Source: Pseudophaeobacter sp.
Lineage (GTDB): Bacteria > Pseudomonadota > Alphaproteobacteria > Rhodobacterales > Rhodobacteraceae
NCBI GenBank assembly: GCA_027019165.1
Contig: JALUXC010000012.1
Location: 440,773-504,772 of the forward strand
Direction: 5' to 3'
DNA length: 64,000 bases
Shown: one piece after another, positions 52,947 to 63,949 of the stretch
Numbering within the stretch: position 1 is the first letter of the stretch
Layout of the letters: each line of letters starts with the position of its first letter
The notes under the pieces: generated by a model
The model's input: only the letters and a program-made list of their open reading frames with translations
What the model was told of the DNA's origin: nothing
The model's database searches: none
Position numbers and translations under genes: made by a program

Positions 52947-53428
52947 TGGGACACTCAATTCTCAAACGGTTGGCCGCTGTGGTCGCGGTGTCGATGACCT
53001 GCCTTGTCCCGAGCGCTTCCTTTGCTGTTCAGCCGGACGAGGTGCTGCCTGACCCGGTGCTGGAAGAGCGGGCGCGAGAGCTGTCCAAGGATCTGCGCTG
53101 CCTGGTCTGTCGGAATGAGAATATCGACGAATCCAACGCCGACCTGGCCCGCGACCTGCGCCTGCTGGTGCGGGAGCGGCTGGTTGCCGGAGACAGCGAT
53201 ACCGAGGTGATCGACTTTGTCGTGGACCGCTATGGAGAGTACGTTCTTCTGCGCCCGACAACCGGCGGTGCCAATTGGCTGCTTTGGGCGGCGGGCCCCT
53301 TGATGCTATTGGCTGCGCTTGGCCTGGCAACAGGATATTTGCGCGGGCGCGCGCGTGCACCGCGTACTGCCGAGGCTGGCCTTAGCAAGGAAGAACAAGC
53401 ACGTCTCAAACAAATCATGGATGAGTGA
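52943..53428 (+). CDS. ccmH: Cytochrome c biogenesis protein CcmH
   Basis: LRCLVCRNENIDESNA, RYGEYVLLRP motifs. Confidence 0.94.
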   Translation: MMGHSILKRLAAVVAVSMTCLVPSASFAVQPDEVLPDPVLEERARELSKDLRCLVCRNENIDESNADLARDLRLLVRERLVAGDSDTEVIDFVVDRYGEYVLLRPTTGGANWLLWAAGPLMLLAALGLATGYLRGRARAPRTAEAGLSKEEQARLKQIMDE

Positions 53429-53540
53429 CGCCGGGTCCGGCTTTTCCCGATCTTCGCTTTGCGTCACCATGCGGAAACTCCATTGCGCGCGCCCAATGAA
53501 CGGACCCGCGTGCCCCGATACTGACAGGCGAGGCCCTCCG

Positions 53541-54317
53541 ATGGACTACAAAGACATCCTTTATTCACTTGATGACGGTTTGGCGATTGTGACGCTCAAT
53601 CGCCCCTCCAAGATGAACGCGCTGACCGGCCAGATGCGGGCCGAGATAACCCATGCCTTGAAACAGGCAGCAGGTGAGGCGCGGGCCGTGGTCCTAACCG
53701 GCGCGGGCGGGGCCTTCTGCTCTGGGCAGGACCTGAGCGATGCCTCGGGTTCCGGTAGCCTGGATCTGGAACGCACCCTGCGCGATGAGTACACGCCCAT
53801 GCTGGAGGCATTGTATGACTGCCCGGTGCCGACCATGGCTGCGGTCAACGGTCCGGTAGCAGGGGCCGGGGCAAACCTTGCTCTGGCGGCGGACGTGGTG
53901 ATTGCATGTGAAAGCGCCTATTTCCTGCAGGCCTTTGCCCGGATTGGACTTATGCCTGACGCAGGCGGTACCTGGTTCCTGCCGCGCCAGATGGGGCTCG
54001 CCAAGGCGATGGGGGCCGCCCTGTTTGCGGACAAGATTTCGGCCAAACAGGCCAGCGATTGGGGCATGATCTGGGAAGCGGTCCCGGACACCGAATTCGA
54101 CGCCCATTGGCGCGCCCGTGCCGCCTATCTGGCAAATGGCCCGACCAAAGCCTTTGGCGCAATCAAGACAGCCATCCGCAGCAGCTATGAGAACAGCTTG
54201 CCGGAGCAACTCTCCTCCGAAGCCCATCTTCAGGGCGAGTGCGGCAAAACACGCGATTTCCTGGAAGGGGTTACCGCCTTCATGGAAAAACGGCCCGCGA
54301 AATTCGAAGGGCGCTAA
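53541..54317 (+). CDS. Enoyl-CoA hydratase/isomerase (PaaG-like)
   Basis: AFCSGQDL, VAGAGANLALAAD, RIGLMPDAGG; start placed at ATG 53541. Confidence 0.9.
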   Translation: MDYKDILYSLDDGLAIVTLNRPSKMNALTGQMRAEITHALKQAAGEARAVVLTGAGGAFCSGQDLSDASGSGSLDLERTLRDEYTPMLEALYDCPVPTMAAVNGPVAGAGANLALAADVVIACESAYFLQAFARIGLMPDAGGTWFLPRQMGLAKAMGAALFADKISAKQASDWGMIWEAVPDTEFDAHWRARAAYLANGPTKAFGAIKTAIRSSYENSLPEQLSSEAHLQGECGKTRDFLEGVTAFMEKRPAKFEGR

Positions 54318-54348
54318 AGACTCCTTCCAATCGAATTGGGCAAAAAAG

Positions 54349-54381
54349 CAGGCCCTGGCCGGGTCTTTCCGCCAGGGCCTG
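54349..54381 (-). terminator. Terminator hairpin between the convergent hydratase and RTX genes
   Basis: CAGGCCCTGGC/GCCAGGGCCTG 11-bp stem with an adjacent A-run (U-tract on minus). Confidence 0.7.
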
Positions 54382-54410
54382 AACTCTTTTGATCAGGATG
54401 ACCAAAAGGC

Positions 54411-55271
54411 TCAGATAATCGGTATGCCGCCATCGGCAAGAAGGCGGATGTCTCGGGACGGGTCGAATTGGCCATCCTGGTTGAGAACACGCAGAACCTC
54501 TATCCCATCCGCAAATACAATGGCATCGCTGCCGCCCGCGTCGTTGGCGCGGTCAACAACTGTGAGCTCTGGAGCAGGGCCGTCATTCGGATCGTACCCA
54601 TAGACAATCTGGTCTTCGCCTTGCTCAAAGTCGGTGATGGTCGCAGCTTCGGTCGTCTCAAGCCAATGACCTGTAAACAGATCGTCTGCGCCGCTGCCGC
54701 CGGTGACTGTATCCCCACGACCAAACAGCAAGGTATCGTCACCGTCGCCACCATCTACCACGTCCGCTTCGGTATCGCTATCGGCGAGAATTGTGCCAAA
54801 AACCGGGTGGACTTCAAAGAAGCTGCTCCACAGAACATCATCGCCAGCGCCGCCGTCGATGGTATCCCTGTCCAGGCCGTCAATGATAATGTCATTGCCA
54901 TTTCCACCAAAGATTGCATCGTTGCCTTCGCTACCGGTCATCTGATCGTCTCCGTTTCCGCCAGACACCAGATCGTTACCCAGACCACCTTGCAGAGAAT
55001 CGTTCCCGCCATCGCCGAAAATTCGATCGTTGCCAGCAAACCCACGGATGTCATCGTTGCCACCACGCCCGGCCAGCGACTCAGCGGAATCCGTACCAAT
55101 CAGCGTTTCACTTGCTCCGGTTCCCTCGATCAGATTGCCCGGAGGGGTGGTCTCACCGGGCTCAGGCGGCGTTGGCTCTTCCTCTGTTGATGCAATTTCA
55201 TCGTCGTCGGATGAATCGATCAAAAGCCCCGCCAAAAGGCCAAATGACAGGAGTGCGGCGATAGCAATCAT
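54411..55271 (-). CDS. Membrane-anchored RTX/hemolysin-type Ca2+-binding repeat protein
   Basis: Hydrophobic N-terminus, acidic/Pro linker, GGxGxDxL-type nonapeptides (GRGGNDDI, GDGGNDSL, GGLGNDLV, GGNGDDQM), TDFEQGEDQI. Confidence 0.85.
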   Translation of the reverse strand: MIAIAALLSFGLLAGLLIDSSDDDEIASTEEEPTPPEPGETTPPGNLIEGTGASETLIGTDSAESLAGRGGNDDIRGFAGNDRIFGDGGNDSLQGGLGNDLVSGGNGDDQMTGSEGNDAIFGGNGNDIIIDGLDRDTIDGGAGDDVLWSSFFEVHPVFGTILADSDTEADVVDGGDGDDTLLFGRGDTVTGGSGADDLFTGHWLETTEAATITDFEQGEDQIVYGYDPNDGPAPELTVVDRANDAGGSDAIVFADGIEVLRVLNQDGQFDPSRDIRLLADGGIPII

Positions 55272-55298
55272 GGGGGTCGTCCTGAAATAAAATGCAAC

Positions 55299-55313
55299 TT
55301 AACGGAAAATTAA
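55299..55313. promoter_or_regulatory. Perfect CtrA box upstream of the RTX gene
   Basis: TTAA-CGGAAAA-TTAA, 28-42 bp upstream of ATG 55271; extra TTAAC half-site near 55340. Confidence 0.6.
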
Positions 55314-55465
55314 TAGGAGTACCCGGTGGAGTCAAAGTCTTAACAAAAACAAAATGCTGTCATCGTATCCGAATGAGAAACTATTCTTTAGCCAGCAGCG
55401 AATGGAAGCCACAACCACGTCGAAAGAACGCAGTGTCGTTTTTGAAACGGCCTGATCTTTGCAAA

Positions 55466-55500
55466 TAAAAGGGCCCCGCCGACAGATGTACGGCGGGGCC
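55466..55500 (-). terminator. Intrinsic terminator of gltA
   Basis: GGCCCCGCCG-N9-CGGCGGGGCC with U-rich tail on the minus strand. Confidence 0.75.
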
Positions 55501-55526
55501 AGATATCATGCCAAATCCGAAATGGT

Positions 55527-56822
55527 TCAGCGGTTTTCGATGTCGACGTAGTCGCGTGCGGTCTCGCCAAGGTACAGCTGACGGGGACGACCAATCTTGT
55601 TCTGTGGATCTGCGATCATTTCTTTCCACTGCGAAATCCAGCCAACGGTGCGTGACAGCGCAAAGATTGGCGTGAACATCGAGGTCGGGAAGCCCATCGC
55701 CTCGAGAATGATGCCCGAATAGAAGTCGACGTTCGGGAACAGTTTCTTCTCGATGAAGTATGGGTCGTTGAGCGCGGTCTGCTCCAGCTCTTTTGCAACC
55801 TGGAGGAGTGGGTTGTCCTCGACGCCGAGCAGTTCCAGAACCTCGTCGGCCGATTGCTTTAGAACCTTGGCGCGCGGGTCGGTGTTTTTATAGACGCGAT
55901 GGCCAAAGCCCATCAGGCGGAACGGATCGTTCTTGTCCTTGGCGCGGGCCAGGAACTCGGGGATGCGATCGACAGTGCCGATCTCTTTCAGCATCTCCAG
56001 GCAGGCCTGGTTGGCGCCGCCATGGGCCGGTCCCCAGAGACAGGCGATACCTGCCGCGATGCAGGCAAAGGGGTTGGCGCCCGAAGAGGAGGCCAGACGC
56101 ACGGTCGAGGTAGAAGCGTTCTGCTCGTGGTCGGCATGCAGGATAAAGATGCGGTCCATGGCGCGGGCCAGGATCGGATCAACATGGTATTCTTCGGCCG
56201 GAACCGAGAAGCACATGTGCAGGAAGTTCGCCGCGTAATCCAGATCGTTGCGCGGATAAACGAAGGGCTGGCCGATGGAATACTTATAGGCCATCGCGGC
56301 AATGGTCGGCAGTTTTGCGATCAGGCGGATCGCGGCCACTTCACGCTGCCAGGGATCGTTGATGTCGGTGGAGTCGTGATAGAAGGCCGACATGGCACCA
56401 ACGACACCCACCAGGGTTGCCATTGGGTGCGCATCGCGGCGGAAGCCCCGGAAGAAGTTGTGCATCTGCTCGTGCACCATGGTGTGACGGGTCACACGGG
56501 TTTCAAAGTCTTCCAGTTGAGTTGCGGTTGGCAGCTCACCGTAAAGCAGCAGATAGCAGACCTCTAGATGATGTGACTGGGAGGCCAGTTGGTCGATCGG
56601 GTAACCACGGTGCAACAGCTCGCCTTTGCCACCGTCGATGAAGGTGATGGTGCTGTCGCAGCTTGCGGTCGATGTGAAGCCCGGATCATAGGTGAAGACG
56701 CCGGCCTGAGCATAAAGCTTGCGGATATCCAGAACATCTGGCCCGGCCGTCGGAGAAAAAATGGGAAGCTCGTAGGTTTCGCCATTCAGGCTGAGCTGGG
56801 CTGTCTTGTTTGAATCGGTCAT
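55527..56822 (-). CDS. gltA: Type II citrate synthase
   Basis: [43 protein letters not shown] motifs. Confidence 0.98.
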   Translation of the reverse strand: MTDSNKTAQLSLNGETYELPIFSPTAGPDVLDIRKLYAQAGVFTYDPGFTSTASCDSTITFIDGGKGELLHRGYPIDQLASQSHHLEVCYLLLYGELPTATQLEDFETRVTRHTMVHEQMHNFFRGFRRDAHPMATLVGVVGAMSAFYHDSTDINDPWQREVAAIRLIAKLPTIAAMAYKYSIGQPFVYPRNDLDYAANFLHMCFSVPAEEYHVDPILARAMDRIFILHADHEQNASTSTVRLASSSGANPFACIAAGIACLWGPAHGGANQACLEMLKEIGTVDRIPEFLARAKDKNDPFRLMGFGHRVYKNTDPRAKVLKQSADEVLELLGVEDNPLLQVAKELEQTALNDPYFIEKKLFPNVDFYSGIILEAMGFPTSMFTPIFALSRTVGWISQWKEMIADPQNKIGRPRQLYLGETARDYVDIENR

Positions 56823-56847
56823 AGATGTCCCTTCCTGTTACAGGCGC

Positions 56848-56869
56848 AAAAACCCGGATTTCATCCGGG
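56848..56869 (-). terminator. Terminator after gltX
   Basis: CCCGGAT-TTC-ATCCGGG followed by TTTTT on the minus strand. Confidence 0.6.
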
Positions 56870-56952
56870 CTTTGGGCAGGCAGCACCCGCGCGAGGCATC
56901 GCGCAGGTGAGGTCGTATCGGAACAGGCTTACCCAAGGGTTAAGGACTGGGA

Positions 56953-58353
56953 TCAGCCTGCTGCGTCGGTCAATCGGGCCACTGTCTCGTCACGGCCCAG
57001 AATAAGCATCATATCGAACACCGAAGGCGTTACCGCGCGGCCTGCAAGGGCTGCCCTGAGCGGGCCTGCCAGCTTTCCGAACTTGGTATCCTGTGCTTCC
57101 GCAAATGCGTTGAGAAGCGCCTCCAGATCGTCACGCGTCCAGCTAGCACTTTGCAACTGCGGCGTCAATTCTTTCAGTATACCGTCGGATACAGATGCAA
57201 GCGCCTTTGCGGCCTTCGCATCTGGTTCGATCGGCCGTGAAGTCAGAATAAAATGCGCCTTCTCAAGGAGTTCGGGGAAAGTCTTGGCTCGGTCCTTGAG
57301 GCAGTACATTGCGCGCTCAAGATCATTTGACTGTGCGTCAGTCAACGCAGGTTCATTTGCCGCAGCGAGATAGGCATTGATTTCCTGCCGCAATGCGGCG
57401 TCATCGCTAACGGCGATATGCTGGCCGCACAAGCTTTCGAGTTTCTTGGTGTCAAAGCGCGCAGGGCTTTTTCCGATTCCATCAAGGTCAAACCATTCGC
57501 GCGCCTGTTCGTCGGAAAAGAACTCGTCGTCGCCGTGACTCCAGCCCAGACGGGCGAGATAGTTGCGCATGCCCGCTGCCGGATAGCCCATGGCCTGATA
57601 CTCCTGCGCGCCAAGGGCGCCGTGGCGTTTGGACAGTTTCTTGCCGTCAGGGCCGTGGATCAGCGGTATATGCGCCCAGACGGGAACATCCCATCCCATG
57701 GCCTGATAGATCATCATCTGGCGGGCTGCGTTGTTGAGATGGTCGTCGCCCCGGATCACATGGGTCACGCCCATATCGTGATCGTCTACGACCACGGCCA
57801 GCATATAGACCGGCGTTCCATCAGAGCGCAGCAGAATCATGTCGTCCAGCTGGTCGTTGCGGATCGTTACATCGCCCTGAACTTCATCTTTGATGACTGT
57901 CGTGCCATCCTGGGGTGCTTTGATGCGCACAACGTATGGCGCGTCCGGGTGGCTGGCTGGATCCGCATCGCGCCAGGGCGAGCGATAGAGCGTTGACTTG
58001 CCCTCGGCGCGCGCCGCGTCGCGAAACTCGGCAATTTCGTCCTGTGTGGCAAAGCACTTGTAGGCTTTGCCTTCGGTCAGCAGTTGCTGTGCGACCTCTG
58101 CGTGGCGGTCTGCGCGGGCAAACTGGCTGATGACGTCCCCGTCGTGATCAAGTCCGAGCCACTCGAGCCCCTGCAAAATGGCTGCGGTCGCTTCGGGGGT
58201 TGAGCGTTCGCGGTCAGTATCTTCAATGCGCAGCAGGAATTTTCCACCTCGCCCACGCGCATAAAGCCAGTTGAACAGCGCGGTGCGTGCGCCGCCGATG
58301 TGCAAAAAGCCGGTGGGCGAAGGGGCGAAACGGGTGACGACCGGAGTGGACAT
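56953..58353 (-). CDS. gltX: Glutamate--tRNA ligase
   Basis: [36 protein letters not shown], anticodon-binding domain (LRAALAG). Confidence 0.97.
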   Translation of the reverse strand: MSTPVVTRFAPSPTGFLHIGGARTALFNWLYARGRGGKFLLRIEDTDRERSTPEATAAILQGLEWLGLDHDGDVISQFARADRHAEVAQQLLTEGKAYKCFATQDEIAEFRDAARAEGKSTLYRSPWRDADPASHPDAPYVVRIKAPQDGTTVIKDEVQGDVTIRNDQLDDMILLRSDGTPVYMLAVVVDDHDMGVTHVIRGDDHLNNAARQMMIYQAMGWDVPVWAHIPLIHGPDGKKLSKRHGALGAQEYQAMGYPAAGMRNYLARLGWSHGDDEFFSDEQAREWFDLDGIGKSPARFDTKKLESLCGQHIAVSDDAALRQEINAYLAAANEPALTDAQSNDLERAMYCLKDRAKTFPELLEKAHFILTSRPIEPDAKAAKALASVSDGILKELTPQLQSASWTRDDLEALLNAFAEAQDTKFGKLAGPLRAALAGRAVTPSVFDMMLILGRDETVARLTDAAG

Positions 58354-58432
58354 AGGTGTGATTTACCTTTTGGAAACCATAAGAGGCGTAGCGTTTGAGC
58401 CTGTCTACCCACCCGAAGGGTCAGGAGCAAGC

Positions 58433-60556
58433 ATGGGAATGATGCGTATCCTGGACCAGCTGCTACAGGTTCAAAGGGGACATCTGCTGGCCTGGGGGCC
58501 GGTGTTTCTGGGGCTTGGAATAGGGGTCTATTTCGCACTGCCGGTCGAACCGGGCAGGGCTGCCTATGGCGGGGCAATCTTGCTGGGCGGAGCAGCGACC
58601 ATTGTCGCGGTGCAACCCCACAGTCTTGGGCTCTTGGCCCGCGCCCTGGTGATCACAACGCTTGGCTTCCTGGTTGCCGGTTTGCGAAGCCATCAGCTTG
58701 AGGCTCCTGTCCTGAGCTTTCGATACTATGGCCCCGTGGAGGGGCGGCTGGTTGACGTCGATCGGTCAGGCCGGGATCTGATGCGCCTGACCCTAGAAGA
58801 GGTCCGCCTGCGTAGTGTGCTTCTGGAAAAAACGCCGAAACGTGTTCGTATTTCAGTGGTGTCAGAGAGCAACCTGCCAGAGATCGGCACGCGGCTCGCA
58901 ACAACCGCCCATCTGATGCCACCACAAGGACCGGCCGAGCCGGGTGGTTTCGATTTTCGCCGTCACGCATGGTTCAAGCAGATCGGCGCCAGCGGATATA
59001 CGCGGGTTCCGGTTCTGACAATGGAGGCGCCTTCAGGCAACGGCACGGTTGCCCAACTGCGCGAGGACATCACAAGGTATCTTCACCGCCGCCTGCCCGG
59101 GGAGGTCGGAGCCATTGCCGCAGCCATAACAACCGGAGATCGCAGTGGTGTCAGTCAGGCGACCCTGCAGGATCTGCGGGCCAGCAATCTTGCCCATCTT
59201 CTTGCAATTTCTGGGCTTCATATGGGGTTGGTGGCAGGGTTTGTCTTTGGTGCCTTTAGGCTCGGCCTGTGTCTTGTGCCTGCTGTGGCCCTTAGAGTGA
59301 ACACGAAAAAAGTTGCCGCAGCGGTCGCACTGCTCGCGGCCTCAGGGTATTTGGCGTTGTCGGGCGGCAATGTGGCAACCGAGCGTGCGTTCATTATGGT
59401 TGCCGTTATGTTTGTTGCAGTCCTGATAAACCGCCGGGCGATTTCCTTGCGGGCCGTGGCCGTGGCGGCGATCATCGTGCTTCTGCGCCGTCCTGAAACG
59501 CTGCTAAGCGCGGGCTTCCAGATGAGTTTTGCTGCAACTGCGGCTTTGGTTGGTGTGTTTTCCTGGTTTCAAGAGCAAAGGTTTCCCTTGGGGCCACGGT
59601 GGCTGCGTCCGATCACGGCACTGGTCCTGTCCTCGCTGGTGGCGGGGTTGGCCACCGCCCCGTTTGGGGCGGCGCATTTCAACACTCTGGCTCATTACGG
59701 ATTGCCAGCCAATCTCTTGGCCGTGCCGGTTATGAGTTTGATTGTTGTCCCGTCCGCAGTTCTGTCGCTTGCCCTGGAGCCTTTTGGCGCCGAAGCGATT
59801 GCCCTGTCGGCGCTGGAAGCTGGATTGCGATGGATCCTGGCTGTTGCCGCCTTCATTGCCGAATTACCGGGGGCGCAGGGCGCCGTGAAAAAGCCCAGCA
59901 GTGTTGTGCTGCCCTTGATCACGCTGGGAGGCCTTTTTGTTCTGCTTTGGCAGGGCCGGTTCCGTGTGTTGGGGGTGGTTCCGGTTTTGGTGGCCTTCGG
60001 TCTCTGGGGCCAGAGCCCGCGTCCGTTTGTGCTGGTTGCGTCAAACGGAGGTTTGGTCGGCTTAATGACGCCTGAGGGGCGCGCTTTGTCCCGTGCCTCA
60101 GGGCAAGGTTTTGCAGCGCGTGTTTGGTTGGAGAACGATGGTGACAGGACCAACCAGTCACAGGCGTTTGACAGATGGCAGGGGCACTTGCATAACGCCG
60201 TGAACGGTAAGAATGCCCCTGAGATTCCTGTTTCTGATCTCGGCAGTTATCGCCTCTTTCATGTCGTTGGGCAGCGGTCTGCCGACGGTCTTAGCCTCTG
60301 CGAGGCCCGGGAAATCTATGTTGCGACCGTGGACATAAACTTGGGTGGCGAGTGTCTTGTGTTTGGCCCACGGCAGTTTCGAAACACGGGGAGCCTTGGC
60401 ATAGATGCCAACGGTACGATTACCACAGCCATGCAAGTGGCTGGTCTGCGTCTGTGGACACGTCCCCACAGCGCGGCGGTCAAGAGCGAAGGTCAATACC
60501 TAGAGCGCCATTCCAGATGGGCGCAAAGCCTGCAAAGCTTTGCCCCAAAGAACTAG
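58433..60556 (+). CDS. comEC: ComEC/Rec2 DNA-uptake channel
   Basis: DUF4131/OB region, HLLAISGLHMG, GNVATERA, GFQMSF; ATG 58433 after AGGAG. Confidence 0.93.
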   Translation: MGMMRILDQLLQVQRGHLLAWGPVFLGLGIGVYFALPVEPGRAAYGGAILLGGAATIVAVQPHSLGLLARALVITTLGFLVAGLRSHQLEAPVLSFRYYGPVEGRLVDVDRSGRDLMRLTLEEVRLRSVLLEKTPKRVRISVVSESNLPEIGTRLATTAHLMPPQGPAEPGGFDFRRHAWFKQIGASGYTRVPVLTMEAPSGNGTVAQLREDITRYLHRRLPGEVGAIAAAITTGDRSGVSQATLQDLRASNLAHLLAISGLHMGLVAGFVFGAFRLGLCLVPAVALRVNTKKVAAAVALLAASGYLALSGGNVATERAFIMVAVMFVAVLINRRAISLRAVAVAAIIVLLRRPETLLSAGFQMSFAATAALVGVFSWFQEQRFPLGPRWLRPITALVLSSLVAGLATAPFGAAHFNTLAHYGLPANLLAVPVMSLIVVPSAVLSLALEPFGAEAIALSALEAGLRWILAVAAFIAELPGAQGAVKKPSSVVLPLITLGGLFVLLWQGRFRVLGVVPVLVAFGLWGQSPRPFVLVASNGGLVGLMTPEGRALSRASGQGFAARVWLENDGDRTNQSQAFDRWQGHLHNAVNGKNAPEIPVSDLGSYRLFHVVGQRSADGLSLCEAREIYVATVDINLGGECLVFGPRQFRNTGSLGIDANGTITTAMQVAGLRLWTRPHSAAVKSEGQYLERHSRWAQSLQSFAPKN

Positions 60557-60659
60557 CCATCGTTGTGGGGTGTACGTACCGCCGTCCCCCATGGTGCAGT
60601 TGTAGATGAGTGATCACAAAAAGCCGGGGCATCTCAGGAGAAAGCCCGCCTCCACGCTG

Positions 60660-61364
60660 TCAGTAGCTTCGGATCAGCCCGACCAGCCGGCCTTGGACTT
60701 TGACCTGGTCAGCCGGATAGCTGCGGGTCTTGTAGGCAGGATTCGCAGCTTCGAGTTCGATGGTGTTGTTCCGCCGGAATATTTTTTTCAAAGTCGCCTC
60801 ATGGCCTTCGACCAGGGCGACAACAATGTCGCCATCATCTGCCGTGTCGGTTTCACGGATGACTACGATGTCGCCATCGTTGATACCGGCGTTGATCATG
60901 GAGTCCCCGCGAACTTCCAACGCGTAATGTGCACCATTGGAACTCAACATGGAGCTTGGCACGCTGATCCTGTTGGAGACCTGGCTGATCGCTTCGATAG
61001 GGACACCGGCAGCAATACGCCCCATGACGGGCAGATCCATTGCGGTGACAACGGATGGGGCGCTCAGGTCTTCCCCTTTGGAGGCGCCATCAACTCCGGA
61101 TTGCCCGCCTGCAATGACCCTTGGCTCAAACGCGTTGCCTCCACCGATGGAGTCAGGCAAGCGCAAGATCTCAATGGCACGGGCACGATGGGCAAGACGG
61201 CGGATGAAACCACGTTCTTCCAAGGCCGTAATCAGCCTGTGAATGCCAGACTTGGACCTCAGGTCCAGTGCGATCTTCATCTCGTCAAAGCTGGGCGGCA
61301 CGCCGTCTTTCTGCATGCGGGCGTGAATGAACTCCAATAGATCCAATTGCTTTTTCGTCAGCAT
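60660..61364 (-). CDS. lexA: SOS repressor LexA
   Basis: [36 protein letters not shown] catalytic Ser/Lys dyad. Confidence 0.98.
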   Translation of the reverse strand: MLTKKQLDLLEFIHARMQKDGVPPSFDEMKIALDLRSKSGIHRLITALEERGFIRRLAHRARAIEILRLPDSIGGGNAFEPRVIAGGQSGVDGASKGEDLSAPSVVTAMDLPVMGRIAAGVPIEAISQVSNRISVPSSMLSSNGAHYALEVRGDSMINAGINDGDIVVIRETDTADDGDIVVALVEGHEATLKKIFRRNNTIELEAANPAYKTRSYPADQVKVQGRLVGLIRSY

Positions 61365-61381
61365 GTCCGTCCCTTTGCGCC

Positions 61382-61412
61382 GTTCTATTATTGATTTGTT
61401 CTACTCCTGTTC
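61382..61412. promoter_or_regulatory. LexA autoregulatory boxes
   Basis: Perfect GTTC-TACTCCT-GTTC at 61398-61412 and degenerate GTTC-TATTATT-GATT at 61382-61396, upstream of lexA ATG 61364. Confidence 0.8.
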
Positions 61413-61490
61413 ACGATTTGTGTCAACTCAGCCCCGTGTTGCAGGGGCAGTTTTTGCACAGTCTTCATGAATGAGGCGTCGGTAAGAGGC

Positions 61491-62666
61491 TCACAGCCGC
61501 AAATAGTGAACGGTGTCTCCGATCGAACGGATCTTGTCGTGTGGGGGGCGGACGAGGAGGACATCTGCCTGAGCCAAGACTGACAATAGAGAGCTATCCT
61601 GGCGGTCAAATGGTTGGATTTGCCCATCCTGCTTGAGGACCGCGCGCATGTAGTGTTCCCGTGGACCATTCGGTCCAAGAGGCGTCGCAAGCGGCGCGCT
61701 CAACAGGGCCGGTTGAATATGTGCCTCTCCAAGCATCTTTTTGATCATTGGTGCCAAGAAGATATGGCCGCAGACCATTGCGGAGACCGGGTTCCCGGGC
61801 AGCCCCACCATGGCGGCCCTTCCCATGCGGCCCGCCATCAGAGGTTTGCCGGGGCGCATGGCTACCTTGTAAAAGGATCGCTCCATGCCGAGGCTCTCGG
61901 CGACGTCTGCGACCAGATCGTGGTCTCCGACAGAGGCGCCGCCGATCGTCACCACCAGATCGACACCTTCGGTCAGTGAAAAGGCGGTTTTCAGTGAACC
62001 GAGCGTGTCGTTGGCAATGGGCAGAATGCGGACATGTGCCCCAAGTCCTTCAAGCAGCGCCTTGAGGCCAAAGGTGTTGGAGGCGATGATCTGATCCGGT
62101 CCTGGAGTGCTGCCCGGCATCACGAGTTCATCGCCGGTCGAAATCAGGGCGATCTCGGGCCTGCGTGTAACCGGAACTTCGGCAATATTCATTGCGGCGA
62201 GGAGGGCGATGTCCGAGGGGCTGAGGCGGCATGGAGCAGACACGGTTTCCCCATCAAAGAAATCGCCACCGCGGGGGCGAATATTGTCCCCGTCTCCGGG
62301 CTCGCCGGTAATCGTGATCAGGTCGCCTTTGCGGGTCACATCTTCCTGTATGACAACGAAACCGGCGCCCTCCGGGATCGGGGCACCGGTGAAGATGCGC
62401 ACAGCCTGGCCGGCGCCGACCACCCCATCAAAGCGATGACCGGCGGCCGCTTCGCCAATCACCTTGAACATTGCATGCAACTCGACCTCGGCGCCTTTTA
62501 CGGCATATCCATCCATGGCAGAGGCGGAAAAGGGCGGCTGATCGCGTCGGGCAGTGACATCACGGGCCAGGACGCGGCTGGAGGCCTTGGCCAGGGGAAC
62601 CATCTCGGCCTCAAGCGGTGAGACAAGATTCAAAAGATGCGAAAGCGCGTCACTGACTGAGATCAT
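61491..62666 (-). CDS. moeA: Molybdopterin molybdotransferase
   Basis: SAMDGYA, RIFTGAPIP, STGDEL, GGASVGDHD, GLPGNPVS motifs. Confidence 0.96.
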   Translation of the reverse strand: MISVSDALSHLLNLVSPLEAEMVPLAKASSRVLARDVTARRDQPPFSASAMDGYAVKGAEVELHAMFKVIGEAAAGHRFDGVVGAGQAVRIFTGAPIPEGAGFVVIQEDVTRKGDLITITGEPGDGDNIRPRGGDFFDGETVSAPCRLSPSDIALLAAMNIAEVPVTRRPEIALISTGDELVMPGSTPGPDQIIASNTFGLKALLEGLGAHVRILPIANDTLGSLKTAFSLTEGVDLVVTIGGASVGDHDLVADVAESLGMERSFYKVAMRPGKPLMAGRMGRAAMVGLPGNPVSAMVCGHIFLAPMIKKMLGEAHIQPALLSAPLATPLGPNGPREHYMRAVLKQDGQIQPFDRQDSSLLSVLAQADVLLVRPPHDKIRSIGDTVHYLRL

Positions 62667-63137
62667 TTACGCCTCGTACCGGCCTGATTTTCCGCCGTCT
62701 TTCAGCGTCACACGAATGCCGCCGATCTCCATCGCCTTATCCACGGCCTTGGCCATGTCATAAACAGTGAGCGCAGCGGTGGACACGGCGGTAAGTGCCT
62801 CCATCTCAACGCCGGTCTGCCCGGTGGTCTTGACCGTGCCCTCGATGCGGACACCCGGCAACTCAGGATCCAGGGTCAGCTCGACCGCGACCTTGGTCAC
62901 CGGCAGGGGATGACACAGGGGAATAAGCTCAGGCGTCTTCTTTGCGCCCATGATGCCGGCAAGCCGCGCAACGCTCAGAACATCGCCTTTCTTGGCGCGC
63001 CCTTCGGAAATGATTTCAAAGGTTTCGCGCGCCATCCTGATGTGGCCTTCGGCGGTGGCGATGCGCGATGTCACGGCCTTTTCGGTCACGTCGACCATAT
63101 GAGCATCGCCCTTGCCGTCAAAATGCGTCAGCGCCAT
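62667..63137 (-). CDS. moaC: Cyclic pyranopterin monophosphate synthase
   Basis: [39 protein letters not shown] motifs. Confidence 0.97.
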   Translation of the reverse strand: MALTHFDGKGDAHMVDVTEKAVTSRIATAEGHIRMARETFEIISEGRAKKGDVLSVARLAGIMGAKKTPELIPLCHPLPVTKVAVELTLDPELPGVRIEGTVKTTGQTGVEMEALTAVSTAALTVYDMAKAVDKAMEIGGIRVTLKDGGKSGRYEA

Positions 63138-63949
63138 TACATTGCCCCCGGTGTCAATGGATTGGCCAATAGCTGCCGGGTGGCACCCGCGACATCCTCT
63201 TGCCGCATCAAGGCCTCGCCAATGAGGAAGGTTCGTGCGCCGTAACGGGCCATGTCAGCGAGATCCTTGGGGGTGAACAGGCCGCTTTCACAGACGATCG
63301 TGCGATCGGCAGGTACCCGGCGCGACAGGTCGCGGGTGGTGTCCAATGTGGTCTCAAATGTCTTGAGGTTGCGGTTGTTGATCCCCATCAGGGGGGATTT
63401 CAACGCGCAGGCGCGTTCCAACTCTTGGGCGTCGTGGACTTCCAGCAGGACATCCATGTCCCATCCCATGGCGCAGTCTTCCAGCTCGGCGGCCTGAGCG
63501 TCTGACACAGAGGCCATGATGATGAGGATGCAATCCGCCCCGAGCGCGCGCGCTTCGGCGACCTGATAGGGGTCATACATAAAATCCTTGCGCAGGGCGG
63601 GCAGGCTGCAGGCCTCCCGCGCTTGCGTCAAAAAGGATTTCGCGCCTTGAAAACTGGGAGTATCGGTCAGAACGGACAGACAGGTTGCGCCGCCCTGTTC
63701 ATAGGCCTGTGCAAGTGTGGCCGGATCAAAATCTTCACGGATCAATCCTTTGGAGGGGCTGGCCTTCTTGATCTCTGCAATCAGGCCGTAGCCTTGGCGG
63801 CTGGCGGCGATCAGCGCCTTGGCAAAGCCGCGCACCGGCGAGGCCTCGCGCGCGGCGGCCTCAACCTCCGCCATTGGCACGGCGACTTTGTCGGCCGCGA
63901 CTTCCTCCAGCTTGTAGGCCTTGATCTTGTCGAGCACGTTTTGGGTCAT
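63137..63949 (-). CDS. trpC: Indole-3-glycerol phosphate synthase
   Basis: [33 protein letters not shown] motifs. Confidence 0.97.
   Translation of the reverse strand: MTQNVLDKIKAYKLEEVAADKVAVPMAEVEAAAREASPVRGFAKALIAASRQGYGLIAEIKKASPSKGLIREDFDPATLAQAYEQGGATCLSVLTDTPSFQGAKSFLTQAREACSLPALRKDFMYDPYQVAEARALGADCILIIMASVSDAQAAELEDCAMGWDMDVLLEVHDAQELERACALKSPLMGINNRNLKTFETTLDTTRDLSRRVPADRTIVCESGLFTPKDLADMARYGARTFLIGEALMRQEDVAGATRQLLANPLTPGAM

Noticed and set aside
55381-55526. Small ORFs between the RTX gene and gltA
   Set aside because: They run through the gltA terminator, lack an RBS and show no protein-like pattern.
60490-60640. Short minus-strand ORFs (30-50 aa) downstream of lexA
   Set aside because: They overlap the comEC 3' end, lack a clear RBS and carry no recognisable motif.
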